64,000 nucleotides of DNA, from positions 17,796,001 through 17,860,000 of the forward strand of contig NW_024704743.1 in NCBI RefSeq assembly GCF_018977255.1. The letters are read 5' to 3'. Made by a program: the position numbers and the translations under genes. This document shows, piece by piece, positions 38,170 to 51,285 of the stretch. Numbering within the stretch: the first letter of the stretch is position 1; every line of letters starts with the position of its first letter. Under the pieces are notes generated by a model. The model did not search any database and was not told the DNA's origin. It saw only the letters and a program-made list of their open reading frames with translations. Origin of the DNA: Callorhinchus milii (taxonomy: Eukaryota).

Positions 38170-39683
38170 CTGTAAAAAAAATCATAAATGACTATATATC
38201 AAAAACAATAACTTTATGCCCAAAGTTTTAAAAGTGAGGTATAATCTCATAAAAGTTCAGAGGAAAATTTATAGTTTTCTTCAACACTGAAGTTGCAGAT
38301 AATCATCAAGAATAAAATGAATAAATAATAAAATCTTTACAAATGCAATAATACCTATTCACGTCACCAAAATGTCTTAAAAATGATTCACTGGGAAATC
38401 TCTGCAGTGATGGTATATGTGTAGATGAATGAAAATCAGGCAACAACTTAAATCTAATAGGTAGGGAGTGAGTTCCAGAGGTTAGGGGTGTAGGAACTGA
38501 AGGCTGAGCCACCAATGGTGGGGGCAAGGATACGTAACAAGCCTGAGTTAGCTGAGTGGAGAGGGTGAGCGGAGGAGTAGGGTAGGAGAAGGTCAGAATA
38601 CAGAACTTCAGGGCACCTTGAAAACTCAGCTGGCAAACAACATGCACGATTGGGGTTAAAATGATCTCTTCAGAGAGAACTGAGTGCTAAAGTGGGTTAA
38701 TCAACTGACCTGTAAAATCCAGCCTTGATTTAACTGATGAAAATATATTAGCTATAAGAGTTCTATGTCTCGGCCAGAGCACAGAATACTTTGATTCTTA
38801 TGTAATTGCACTGGTGACCAAAATTAGAAAGTTTCTCATTTCCCAGGACCATTCTTCTCACTTTGATTAATGCAAATTCAACAACTATTTATAAATAAAA
38901 TCTCTCCTTCTCCCACATTCTTGTTATTTTCATCTTGTACCAGAAGCTTGAAAAATAAGGAAGGACAGACACTTGTGTCAACATGAGGTCCACCCAGGCC
39001 ACTATTTGCAAAGATTGTACTTAGAATATAAACTGATATTTTCAGATAGTGGGAAAATAGAGAACATATGAATTGATTTGATAAGTCACTGTATTATTCT
39101 TTGTACAAGGAGTCAGCTGGTTCAGTTGATAGGGACTCTTGTCTCTGGGAAAAAGGTTATTGGTTCAAGCCCCTTGTCAGGACTTGAGCTCATAGTCTGG
39201 ATTGATATTCCAATGCTAGGGAAGTGCTGCAATGTTGGAGGTCCTCTCCTTGGAATGAGACAATAAATCTAGTTTCCTGTCTACAGGGACATGTTAAAAG
39301 AGAAGAGGGTTGGTTCTCCCAGTGAGTCCTGGCCAACAATCCTCCAGATAAATTGGTCATTCAATTCAATGCTGAGATCTTGAGTGGCATGTTCATCCAT
39401 TGACTCGGGAATGTGGGAGTTAAGTAGTCCCTTCTTGGGCACAAGGAACATTTGGGGGAGGGCAGGAAGAAAGGGAATGAAATCTGCAAGGGGAGAGACA
39501 AGAGTATATGCCTTGTTTAGTAGAAAGGAGGAATTTTTCAAGCCTTACATTGATACTTCCCAAAATACCCCAGAAAACTGTCATGAAGGATATACATTGT
39601 TTTTGTAGGCAAACACAGCAGCTACTTGCACCATAAGGGTCCCACAAACAGCCATTCCAATAGAATGATCAATTGAACTGGTA

Positions 39684-39952
39684 ACAAAACACAAAATACT
39701 GCAGATGCTGGAAATCTGAAAACAAAAACAGAAGTTGCTGGGAACACTCAGTAGGTCAGGCAGCATCCATGGAGAAAAGAAAGTGAGTCAACATTTCGGG
39801 TCCATGACCCTTCGTCAGAACTGTTCTGACAAAGGAGTCTTTCTCTCTGTATCCCGAACTGTTCTGACGAAGGGTCATGGACCCAAAATGTTGACTCACT
39901 TTCCTTTCTCCATAGAATTTGCCTGACCTGCTGAGCGTTCCCAGCGAATTTC
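39684..39952. mobile_element. Palindromic Penelope-like non-autonomous element with two inverted hammerhead-ribozyme cores
   Basis: About 85-bp inverted arms; CTGACGA-A-GGGTC-ATG-GACCC-GAAA core; TSD aactggta at 39676-39683 and 39953-39960. Confidence 0.75.
39786..39823 (-). ncRNA. Minimal type I hammerhead ribozyme motif (putative)
   Basis: Minus strand: cAGUU CUGACGA A GGGUC AUG GACCC GAAA UGU U GACU; stem I AGUU/GACU, stem II GGGUC/GACCC. Confidence 0.6.
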
Positions 39953-40451
39953 AACTGGTAGATTGTTGTCTTGGATACAGAGAGAGGGAGAGACTCCAAT
40001 TCCCTTTTTATGGGCCAACCTCTGGAATTGCTCCCCTAACCCTTTTGTCTCCTCTCCATCGGTTTTCAAACCTATCTCTGGGATCTTTTATCGTCCACCT
40101 AAACTGACAAAACAGGTCCTGGATTTAATTATTCATCTAAAAGGCAGCACCTCTGATAGTGCAACCCTCCCCCAGTGTTAGCCTATACAACAACCTGCAA
40201 GTAGGTCAGTATCAGAGGTGAGAAAAAAAGAACACAAGCTGCATCTCAAATTCCTCACATTTGTTTCACTCGCACCTAACACCTCTGCTGGCACTCATCT
40301 ACCCACGTTACAACTGGCTAACCTCTGGAACTGCTCCCGCTACCACTTTGTCTTCTCTCTATCGGTTTCAAACCTACCTCTTCATCCACACCTATGGTCA
40401 CTTCCCCTCCCCATTCTCCCCCACCCACCCCCATTTTGTATCCATCCATGT

Positions 40452-40839
40452 CCTGCCCCTCCCTACCTCTGCGACCTGCTGACCCCACATCAATTTGTCC
40501 ATCCTGCTCGCTCCCTACGCTCAGCGGGCTCCGGCCTGCTTCACGTTTCCCCGCCTTGCTTGCCCCACTATCTGCGGGCGGGTCCCCCACCATTCTGCTC
40601 CCACCCTCTGGAACTCCATCCAGCAGTCCCTCAATCTTGCCCCCTCCCTTGCCACCTTCAATTCCCACCTCAAGACTCTCCTCTTTGACCGTGCTTTGGA
40701 TCTCCCTGCTTCCCCCACTGCCCTCCCCCCTCCCCCACCCCGACCCTCAGCTCTGGTCCATAACTCTGTCTGTCCAGCGTCTTGGGACGTCCTTCCGACG
40801 TGAAAGACGCTTTACAAATGTAATTTTGTTGTTGTTGTT
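40452..40839 (+). mobile_element. L2 3' fragment abutting the STEAP2 exon 2 donor
   Basis: L2 3'UTR; (GTT)n tail ends at 40839. Confidence 0.88.
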
Positions 40840-40841
40840 AC

Positions 40842-41369
40842 CTGCTGATAAGCCATGTTGAGGTAGAAGTACCTTTCCGAACGTCTCATTGGAAGGCAAA
40901 GGCTGTAGACCGTGTGGACGGAAGCAAAAAAGAAACTGAGAAGCCCGAGCTGCTTGCGACACTGGAGCCAGTGTTCCAGCCACATTGGGAATCGACGATA
41001 TTTAGTTCCATAGTTCAGCTGGAAAGCAGAGGCCAGCAATCCTGCCAGGTACACGAGGGAGAGGAGAGTAATAGCAACAACCGGCAACGTTTTGTTCACA
41101 ATCTCAATGGGAATCTTATAGAAGTCGCTCTGTTTGTTCTTCACGTAGGGGTGCACAATGTCTCGGATGAACGAGTAAATGTAGAAGAAGGTGGCCAAGC
41201 CAATTGCCACAAGTACAGGGCCTTTCCAGAGAGTGAAGAGGTGCAGAGGCATATTCTCGATCTCCCTCGCTGAAGACAATGTCCCCATGTCGACTGGAAT
41301 GAAGTCCAGCTGGCGAGCAAGTTCAATAACCTGTTGTCGAGCTTCCACTACATTGCTGCAAATGTACAC
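40842..41369 (-). CDS. STEAP2: STEAP2 coding exon 2 (transmembrane ferric reductase domain, first heme His in FFFASVHTVYSL)
   Basis: VYICSN...FYKIPIEIVNKTLP...YGTKYRRFP...RKQLGLLSFFF...NMAYQQ; acceptor cag|, donor |gtaaca; 528 nt, phase 0. Confidence 0.96.
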
Positions 41370-41814
41370 CTGTCAAACAACAGAGCAGCTGTTAGCAAAA
41401 CCACAATCCCTTCCAGTTCACTATTTAATAGCTACTTAGGAAATGCAATATGCCCACTTTTGAGCTGAAATCGTGCATATAATATAGACAAGCTATAACA
41501 TTCCCCCACAAGAAACACTGAAATAAATCCCGTTGTAGGGGCTGTTCAAATCACACCGCATCACCTTTAACAGCCCTGCCAGCAAAAACAAAAAGGGAAA
41601 GAAGAGTATAAAAGTTTACCTCTATATAGATTATTCTTTCGCCAAGTTAAAAGTTTAAACATATCTCAGGCTAGAGGTAACATTAGTAAACAACTCTCAG
41701 CTCCAGTCTCTGATGTCAACAACTCATTGATGTATTATGATTCTTGTAAAATATCCCAGCTGGTATGTTACTTTTATGTGTACCTATTCTTTTTACATAA
41801 GTCTTTTATCTATA

Positions 41815-42350
41815 GAGTAGCTGTACCTACGCTTGCAACTAGTTTCATTTAATTAGCGTTCTCTCTTTCGTCCGGCATTTTTATTTGACCTTGAAAGGCT
41901 TGATCTTCGCTTCTTAGGCATCTTTATTCCTTAAGATTAAGAAAATGTGCTATTGAACTCGTTAACATCCCTTGTTCACATATTTGCACACAGACTCCTG
42001 TTGGGAGGACTCCTGTTGGGAGGTATAAATAATGTCTCTATGTCAATCGGTTAGACAGACACACAGACAGATATATCGTCTTTATTAGTATAGAAGACGA
42101 ATCTCTATAGAAGGGGTTGTGACCCCTGTCACTACTTTGTTGCAGAATACCTTTTGGGGGGCTTAATTAAAGCATTTTTTAATATATTCTTTACTATAGC
42201 TCATCAACGATAGGAGATCATCGGAAAGAAATATGCCCATGACGCTCTCCCATGCAAGACCTTTCCGATGAAGTATAAATCATCCCTCTACATCAATCTA
42301 CGGTTATTGGCAGGCAGGCAGGCAGACATTTTGTCTCTCTTAGTATAAAT
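41815..42350 (-). mobile_element. Two Helitron-like non-autonomous modules
   Basis: Minus-strand starts TCTATACTAATAAA and TTTATACTAAGAG, each followed by (TGTC)/(TGCC) microsatellite. Confidence 0.45.
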
Positions 42351-43121
42351 GATATTAGGCATAATTGTGGCCCTAGATTTTGATTGTTCCCACACTACTA
42401 TTAAAACCACTGCCATAAAACTCATGTCTGACCATCATGAATCCTAAACTCTGTACTCTGCACAATGTTACCATAATCCTATCAATGCCAAAAGAATTAT
42501 AATATATAAAATGGGTCGAACAGACTACCTGTTTTGGTATGTTATAATTTCTATAACACACTCCAATACAATGCACATTTTGCAAATACATAAATCTCCA
42601 GTTTATACTGCTACAAGAGAAGCAATATCGCTTCCAACAGTAAAACGATTAGGAGTCAGAAGCATGATTTATAGGTAGGTTAAGAGAAATGTTTCCACGC
42701 ACAGAGTAATTAGGGTATGGAATGCCCTTCAAGGAGCAGTGAATGATGCAGAATCAATATTGGCTTTCAAAAGGGAACTAGGTAAATACCTAAAAAGGAA
42801 TAAATTACAGGGGTATGGGAAATTGGCAGGTAAATGCTTTGCTCTTAAAAAAAGGCAGCACAGACATGATGGGCTGAATAGCCTTCTTCTGTGCTGGACA
42901 TTTTTATGGTTCTATTTACACTTCCTGCTCCAAATCACATTGGCCTTGGCCTCAGAAGAGCTTTGTACAAACTGTATGCCGAAAAAACTCTGATTTGGGT
43001 GTTAAGTAAATGTTGAAAAAGAGAAGGTCATGTTATATAACTAGGCTTGCCGGGATTCCATAAAAATCAGAAACATCAATACTACTCGGTTTTTATGATC
43101 ATTGGAAAGATCATTCCTACC

Positions 43122-43325
43122 TTTCCTCCTTCAAGGCCGGTATCAAGACCTTTCTCTTTGATCGTGCCTTCAACTCCCCTCTCGACCCTCTACCCCCTCC
43201 TCGCTCCCTCCCTTCCCTCCCCTCACCCTGACCATTTTCCCCCTGCTCGGGTCCTGACCCAACTGTCCAGCTCCTTGGGACGTCCTCCCGACGTGAAAGT
43301 CACTCTATAAATGAAATAAATGAAA
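43122..43325 (+). mobile_element. L2 3' end, same subfamily as the copy at 655-850
   Basis: Shared 3'UTR ...cctcaccctgaccattt(t)ccccctgctcgggtcctgacccaactgt... Confidence 0.85.
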
Positions 43326-44647
43326 TCAAAGAATCATAGAATTATACAGCACAGAAGGAGGCCATTCGTGTCTGTGCCAGCTCTTGAACAGAGCAATCCA
43401 ATTCAATCCCACTCCCCCGCTCTCTCCCTGTAGTCCTGCAAACTTGTCCTCCCCAAATAATTATTTAATGATGATCTGCAATCCATCGCAAATTCATTTT
43501 TACTGATTAAAAATTGATAGTTTATGATGCTGGAAGGCAAAGAATTGAGAAAGAAATGAACTGTAGTCTGAAATTCAGAGTGCACCGAGATCAAAGGTGA
43601 TGCAGGTCGTGAAGGAGGCGAGTGAAGAGTGAAGGGACTCTGGGATGAAGATCTGGGATGAAGATCCCAGAGTGGGAGCAAATATGCTCAACTCCCGATC
43701 ACTGATGGAGGCAGCAACTCGGTTTGTAGGTTTTGAGGAGGTCACAGAGGTAGTATGGGGCAAGACCATAGAGGCAAATAAAAGATAATGTGTCTGTAGA
43801 TGATATCACCAAACGGAAGCATGAAGATATTATAATGAGAAGACCAACCGCACAGCTCTGTGGAATGCTGTATGTGGCAGAGGTGGTGCGGGAGGAGAAG
43901 CCATAAGCAGATACAAAGTGGAGATTTTGGATAGGTTAGAATGAAACCAGGAAAAATAGAACCGTGAAGGTGGAGCTCAGAGGAAAGGCGGTGGAAAAGG
44001 ATTGTTGAAGGCAGCAGTGAGATCAAGAAGAACAACCAACAGCTTACAGGACCAATGGTGTCCAATAATGATAATAATCATCCTTGCATTTGATAATAGT
44101 GCCTTATCACGTCTTCAAGACGTCCCAAAGCTCTTCACAGAATATACTGTAAAGTAATTGACTGTATATTTTGTGGACTGTATATTTAGTGGCAGCCAAT
44201 TGTGCACAACAGTGTCCCACAAACAGTCTGGATTGAGTGACCACACTTGTTTTAAGGGATTATTACCCATGAAAATTATGCACAGCAGAAAAACACATGT
44301 TTGGACTAATTTGAAACATGAATAATGGTGTGTATGTATTAGTGGAGAATTCACATTTGTTCACATTTATTCAGTGCAGGAGCCAAGGGTGTCCTTTGCA
44401 GTTACAGTGAGAGGAGGTCGAGTCTCTTTGTCCAGGTCACCATTTTATTTGGCAATAATTTAGATAAATTATGATTACTATTTTTCTGTTATGTGACCTC
44501 GAAGGGCAAAAAATTATTGAGAGAAAAAATAAAATGCCAAAAAAACAATAAATAATTTTGAATAAAGTATTGCTCAACAAAAATCTGAAAAAAAGTAAAA
44601 TAAATTTCTACTAACCTTATTTATAACATTGTAAAAGCTGCCTGTAA

Positions 44648-44752
44648 ACTTTCCTGGGTCACCCACAAACTTTTCAGATACTACATATACTTTATTCAAA
44701 TATATAAAGTATATGTAGTATCTTAAAAGTTTGTGGGTGACTCAAGAAAAGT
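44648..44752. repeat. Inverted repeat (hairpin) with arms of about 48 bp and a short loop
   Basis: gtcacccacaaacttttcagatactacatatacttta / taaagtatatgtagtatcttaaaagtttgtgggtgac. Confidence 0.9.
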
Positions 44753-45055
44753 AATATATATATATTTCATGCGCTTTGAAATGCTACCCTGCGTGAAGGG
44801 CGTTATACAAGTGCAAGTTGTATATATGTATAGATATATACAGTATATTCTGTGAAGAGCTTTGCGACGTTTCAACAATATGATAAGGTGTAATATCAAA
44901 TGCAAGGATTATTTTTCTTATTATTACAATATTTCAGATTGGGGCCCGGAGAAACTTCATTCATTTTGGTACAATGTGAAGATGTGCTACTGAAACCAGC
45001 TCTGCGCACTAACTGCGTTAGCCCTGATTCAGACTGCTAATCTCATATAATAATA

Positions 45056-45349
45056 TATAATAATAATCCTTGCATTTGATATAGCACTTTTCACGTCTTC
45101 TCGACATCTCAAAGCGCGTCACAGAATAGACTGTAAAGTGAATTAACCGTATATTTGTGGGCGAAACGCGGCAGCCAATTGCACACAGCAGTGTCCCACA
45201 AATAGTCGTGGATTGAAAATGACTAATTTATTATTGTTTTGTTTTGGAGGAATTATTATTAGGCGCGTGGAGTAAGGAAACTTGGCCAAAGTTTCGCCCT
45301 CTGCCTGGAACTGAACCCGAGTGCTCTAACCACTGAGCTACAGGATTCC
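45056..45349 (-). mobile_element. SINE, near full length
   Basis: Same family as 21478 and 35775. Confidence 0.88.
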
Positions 45350-48300
45350 AATCATTGTGAATCACTACACAAATGACAGAGAGGCTAATATTAACACAAC
45401 AATAGGAAACAAAGTCTCATTTATTTGATACTGGTTGTTTGCTAAGAGTGCAGCAACAATGGATAGGCAAGTCTAAAACTGCCCATAGCTCAAAGCAACT
45501 GATGATTGATGGTGCTGCTTTCAGGATTGAAATAGATGCTTTCACATTCTTGGCTGAGCAACTGATGCTTAGCAGCGTTTAAACTTCTGCAAACAAGGAG
45601 AGCTCCGGGTGATAACACTGTCTGGAGAGAGTTCCCAAACAAGAAGAGTGGTGTGAAATGTCAGTTCATCTCAGTCAATCCAGAATGATGAGGTGGAATT
45701 GCAGCTGGCCGTCCTAGTGTTTGGGAGCTGCTGTATATGTTCACTGATGTATATGGTCAGGCAAGGCTCACACCACACACGTAGGCTCCTAAGTCACGTG
45801 CTTTAAGATGGGGAGATTTTGTGGTACGTGCAGGACAGCTTTAGTCAAGAATTCCAGGAATGAATGGGGTTTGTGTCAGGGTATTTTATAAGAGAGGCAC
45901 AGTTCAATTCAGACACTTCTGCTAGCCTGCACCTCCAGCCATGCTCTAGCTCCAGGCTTACATATGTTATACGTATGGCCACAGGGCTGATCTCTGGGCT
46001 CTGGCCTGTATTATAATAATATTCCTTCCATTTGGTATAGCGCTTTATCAAGTCATTGAGCCGTCTCAAAGTGTTTCACAGGATTTTACTCTCATGTGGA
46101 GTGACTGTATTGGTAAGAAAATGAGGCAGCCAATTTGCGTACGGCAATATCTCACAAGCAGTGATGAAGTGAATGACCAATTTTATCTGGGAGATCAAAG
46201 CCTTCCTTGTCAGGGGCCAGGGATTGAATATTTGATTCCCTCTGCTGGTAGGGAACACTTACTCCCATTTTAAGAATTAGAGCTAAAAAGAGCTCTGGCT
46301 TCACTCTCTCACCTCACTCTCCTTACCCGACTGGAACTTCTCTTGTAGAATTCTCGTTCGGGCACCCTGGTCAACAGTGACCATGTGAATGCTTCAAAGA
46401 AAGCTTGGACATCCACACACTGTGCCATTGTACAGGAGTGCCCTGGGGAAGATCAGCTGCAACAACTTTCAATGGCAGGATAGATATCTCCTCCTCCCTC
46501 ACCCTCCCCATTGAAAGATGAGAAGAAGGTATGGCGAGATCCCACCTGCAATTAAAGAGGCAATCCACCTCACAAACACAATCTGCCTAGGGGTAAAGAA
46601 TTTTCAATTGGGACCCTGTGATGTGGAGAAGCTGTTTCGTACTACCTTTCCTGAAGGATTTAACTAGTTTTTGCTGAATCAATGGGGTGTGGGGTTCCTC
46701 AATTTCAGTGTGTTCAATAGACCCTGTAAGCTGAAAGATAAAACAAAGTAAATAAAACAATAGAGCAGTGGTGGACATAAAGGTTGGCCACCACTGCAAT
46801 AGAGAAACAAAGGGAATGGAATGTAAGAGAATGGACTATCAAATAAAGTTTAAAACAAAAGGAACAGTGATTTGTAAAGATCAGAGTGTCCCTGACATTG
46901 CATAAATGAGGAATTCTGAGTTTAGTGGCAGGAGTTCTTATGATATTGGTTCCATTAGCAGATAATTGATAGATGTGACATGTCTTTGAGGTTGCAAAGG
47001 GTGAATGTTGGCACGGAGTTGCCATCGTTAAGATCACAGATTCATAAACTGGGTGGTGCTGAGGCTTAGCACGTAGTCCAGAGGACAAATCTAGCCCACA
47101 CGGATTGGTTAAAGGTCTCCTTTTTCTGCTGCTTGCCAGCATTCTACGTGAAATGTGTTAGGGTGACCTCAGCTTAGATCCCAGTCCAGGTGGGCCCATA
47201 GCATAAACCTGCCAAAGCAACAACTCATTGAGAGAGCCACAAGAATGGCTGGTACAAAATAAACAGTAGGTTACTTTGCAACAGTGGGGATGGGGTGGGG
47301 GGGAGAGATTATGATATTGTGTCCAAGGGACACTTTTTGGAGCATAGTTTCACTTGATACCTAAAATTGTGCTTTAATGGATCTGTGAGTGCTTGCTGGC
47401 ACGTTAAGTTGTGAGTGTACTATTTCCCAGCAATGACATCAATGAACAAACCAACAGGGAGAAGGGTCTGTAACTATTCATTAAACTAGATTTAATATAG
47501 TAGCGGTAAGTGACTAACCTCCTTTTGGGGAGGTAAGCAGGGTCTCCTTGGAGCTGAACTGACTCGAAGGTGACATGTTTGGCAACGCAATGTCAGAATT
47601 GAGCCAGCCCTCTGTGGCGGACTCGGTAGTCCAGATCCTGAGCCAGGTGTCCGCAATATCCCAGAGCACTGCTGATGTCAATGCAGCCAGCCTGGCTCAT
47701 CAGCAGGACCTGGAAGGGCAGACCAGCCACTTGGGGCAGGGAATCCTCCCACTCAGCATTTGTTAACCCTGCAAGCCAAAGCCCTAATAGTCCAAGAGCT
47801 ACAGGCCCAAGCGTTTTGTCCAATTTATACATCGTCCAAGGTTAACTGGCATCCGGTTAAAGTGGCTCCACTGTAATAATGTATTAGTCCTTGCTTTTGG
47901 TATATCGCCTTTCACGTCAGGAGGACATCCTAAAGTGCTTCACAGGATATACTCTGAACTGAAATAACTTTGTATTTGTTGGAGAACATGGCAGCCAATT
48001 TGTGAACAGTAATGTCCCACAAAGAGCCATGAAGTGAATGACCAATTTTATTTTGAGGGAATTGTTGGCCAGGACACTTGGGAGATGAACTCCTTTCTTT
48101 TATTCAAATGGTGCTAAGTCTTATTTATTTAGCTTATTAGTGATTGGATCCTTCCCCTACCGGTGGTAAACTCACTTCCTCTGAGTTACTGTCAACCTGG
48201 AGCTTTCTGATACGATAACCTTAGGAATTGGCCCAGTTTGTGCTAAAGCTTGTACTTACTTTCACTCGTTCAGAGTGAGATATGCCTGTACAACGCCTTC

Positions 48301-51285
48301 ACCCTTCAGAGTATTGCTTGACATGATTCAATCACCTAGTCTTCCAATCCAGTCACGTATTCACTATTTAAAGAGTGTTTGACTTCAGGATTGAAACAAT
48401 TTTTTTTAGTCCAGAAGGGTGCCCCTCGCCCATTATAACTAAGCCAATGCTACTATTTTCCTAAATTGCCCTTTGGTTTTATCAATTCCACTTTCTACCT
48501 TGTTCCCCATAATCGCTTAATTTTTTTTAATACTGAGACGCTTATCCAGTTCCCTTCTGAATGATCCACCTGATCTCCCTGAATAGTCACTTATGGTAAT
48601 GAAATCCATAATCTAACAAACTTCTGAGCAAAGACATTATTTCTGGCTTCTCCCCTAATTTTCCTGAGACAATGGCCGCTTGTCATCGATTTCCCCACTA
48701 ATAGTCTTTTCCCTTATAACAGGTCATGCCTTTAAAATCCTAATTCCTCTATCACCTGTATCCTATCAGTTTCCTTTGTTCTACTGGGTAAAAAAAATAT
48801 TTAGCTAAGCCCTTCAAGTAATTGGGCGTCTTATATTTACAAATCATAGCTTAGCCTTAACAAGACTATCAAACATCGAAGGTCGAGAAGACATCACAAA
48901 TTGCAAGAATGGAGCATGAATGCTGGACCACAGCATAGCCATCCCTTGATGTGTTAATGCCTTAATGTCATGAAACACACTACTCTGTACCAATTAACAT
49001 TATCTCATATAATAGGTTCAGTTTTCTATTTTTGCCTTTTGCCACTGGACAGCGACTACTGTGACAATCATGTGCCTTGAACTGAAGTTCAGCAGGTCCT
49101 TTTAACAGTGATTTTAACAGTAGAGATACTGAGATTAATTTCAATTATGTTACAGAGGAATACCACTGCTTGTATACCAATGGAAAGGGTTCACAATAGG
49201 TCATAGATCGAAGAATGAAGTATGCAGGCTTTAACCCTTCATTACAAAGCATGCCAAACACTATTTATGGATTTCTCTCTCTAATCTAATTTCTAGTACA
49301 CGCAGCAGCTACGTTTGGTTGATAGTTAGCTGGTGATAATAATCCTTGCATTTGATACAGCGGCTTATCACGTCGTTGATGTCTCAAAGTGCTTCACAGA
49401 ATCCACTGTAAAGTGAATTGACTGTATATTTTCTGGGCAAAACGCGACAGAGAATTGAGCACAGCAGTGTCCCACAAATGGAATCTCGCTTGCGAGGTGA
49501 GTAACCAATATGCTCTAACCAATATGCTACAGGCTGCTTGTTCTGACCACAGAATCTTAAAAGTATTCTGCGATTTTATAAATTGTATTTGTAAATACAT
49601 AATCAACATATCATTTTGTTGTTAACCTATAATTTTAATGCACAAATTTATGCACCTCAGTTATAATCAATTTTGATTTGGTTTCAAACATGAAGCACAT
49701 ACCACAGTTTAATCTTAGACAGCAAACATCTTCCATTAGGCTAGGACTGGCTGCAATGCACTGCTCCTTTCTTATTTGATTGGCAACAATTTCGGGGGGT
49801 CAGCCAGGTATCTGTGGTTCAGGTTTAAAAGTATCCGATTTTAAAAGTACAATATCCGAACCAGACAGAGTTCCACATATGTGTGCCGCCTACACATGGG
49901 AATTTGTTTCTGCAATGGAATGCACATTTGTAACAATGGGGGTAAGCAGAGAATCATGAAACTCTGACAAGTAAAACATGGGCACTCCTACAATCCAGTC
50001 CTGTTATGCTGCGAGCAACTGAAATTTACCTCCAGGATTTGGATTCAGTAGTCATGGCTAACATGGATTAGACGGAAAATTCCACTAACTTCAACATTGA
50101 CCCCAGAACAGCTCAAAAGATTCGCAAAGGACTGGAGGATAAAAATACATGACCCAATAACTTCGTTGTGCAGCAAGCTATGGCAACACAAATTCAAAAA
50201 TAAATGCAACAAGAAGGGTTTGTACTCAACACGTTTGGAACACCGAGGCAAAAAGAGGCTATCACCCCCATCCTCGTTCGGCTCCAATGGCTCCCCATCC
50301 TACAGAGGATTGCGTTCAAGATCCCCGTCTTCATTTTTAATGTCTTCATGGTCTTGCCTCACCCAATCTCTGCACCCACTTCACCTTTCTAAAACTCTAT
50401 GAACCTGCCTGCTTCCCTAGCCTGCTTCATGTCCCTCCACCCTGCCCACCCCACCACTGGTGATTGGGCCTTCAACCTATGTGGCCTCCACACTCTGGGA
50501 CTCCATGCCAGAGTCCACCCACCTCTCCCCTCTCATGACCTTCCTCTTTGACCGTGCCTTCAGTCATCCTTTCCCCACCCCTCCTGACCCCACCCCCCCT
50601 CACAAATCCAACCCCCAGGCCAGGCGCAAAACCCCCAACTGTTCAGTCCCTTGGGATGTCCTCCCGACATGAAAGGCTCTAAATACTTGCAATTTGGTGT
50701 TGTTAATAATATTAATCATTGCATTTGATATAGTACCGTATCACGTTGTTGAGATGTCTCAAAGCACTTCACAGATATACTGTAATTGCAATGACTGTAT
50801 TTTTTGTGGGCGAAGTTCTCAGCACAAAAAGGGAAAAATTATTATAAGAAATTGAGAATGACAGCTCAATAGTCGTTTGGAAACAAAGCAAAATGCATTG
50901 CAGATCAGATTTGATCAAGCCAATTGCATTTGGCTTACGTGCATTACATGGTGTACCTCTTACATGAAGTTGGAAATTCATGTGTTGGAAACGGTTTACA
51001 GATTAAAAGTTAAAAACCTTAGAACAAAGACAATTTTACAAGATGATTCAGTAACTTGCTTTCACCTGGAGCAATAACAAATCTACTGAACACAAGCTTG
51101 CGTTACCTTCCTGGGTATGTACGGATGAATAGCTCTACATCCAAAAACTTTGGTCATGTTTAATGAATGCTGAAACCCCTCAACTGTGAGTGAATTATTC
51201 TTTACTCTGTAATGTACTATTTGTTTTCAAAAAACGCTGAACAGAACAGATTTACTGCCAATAAGTCAATAGAACGTAATCTTAC

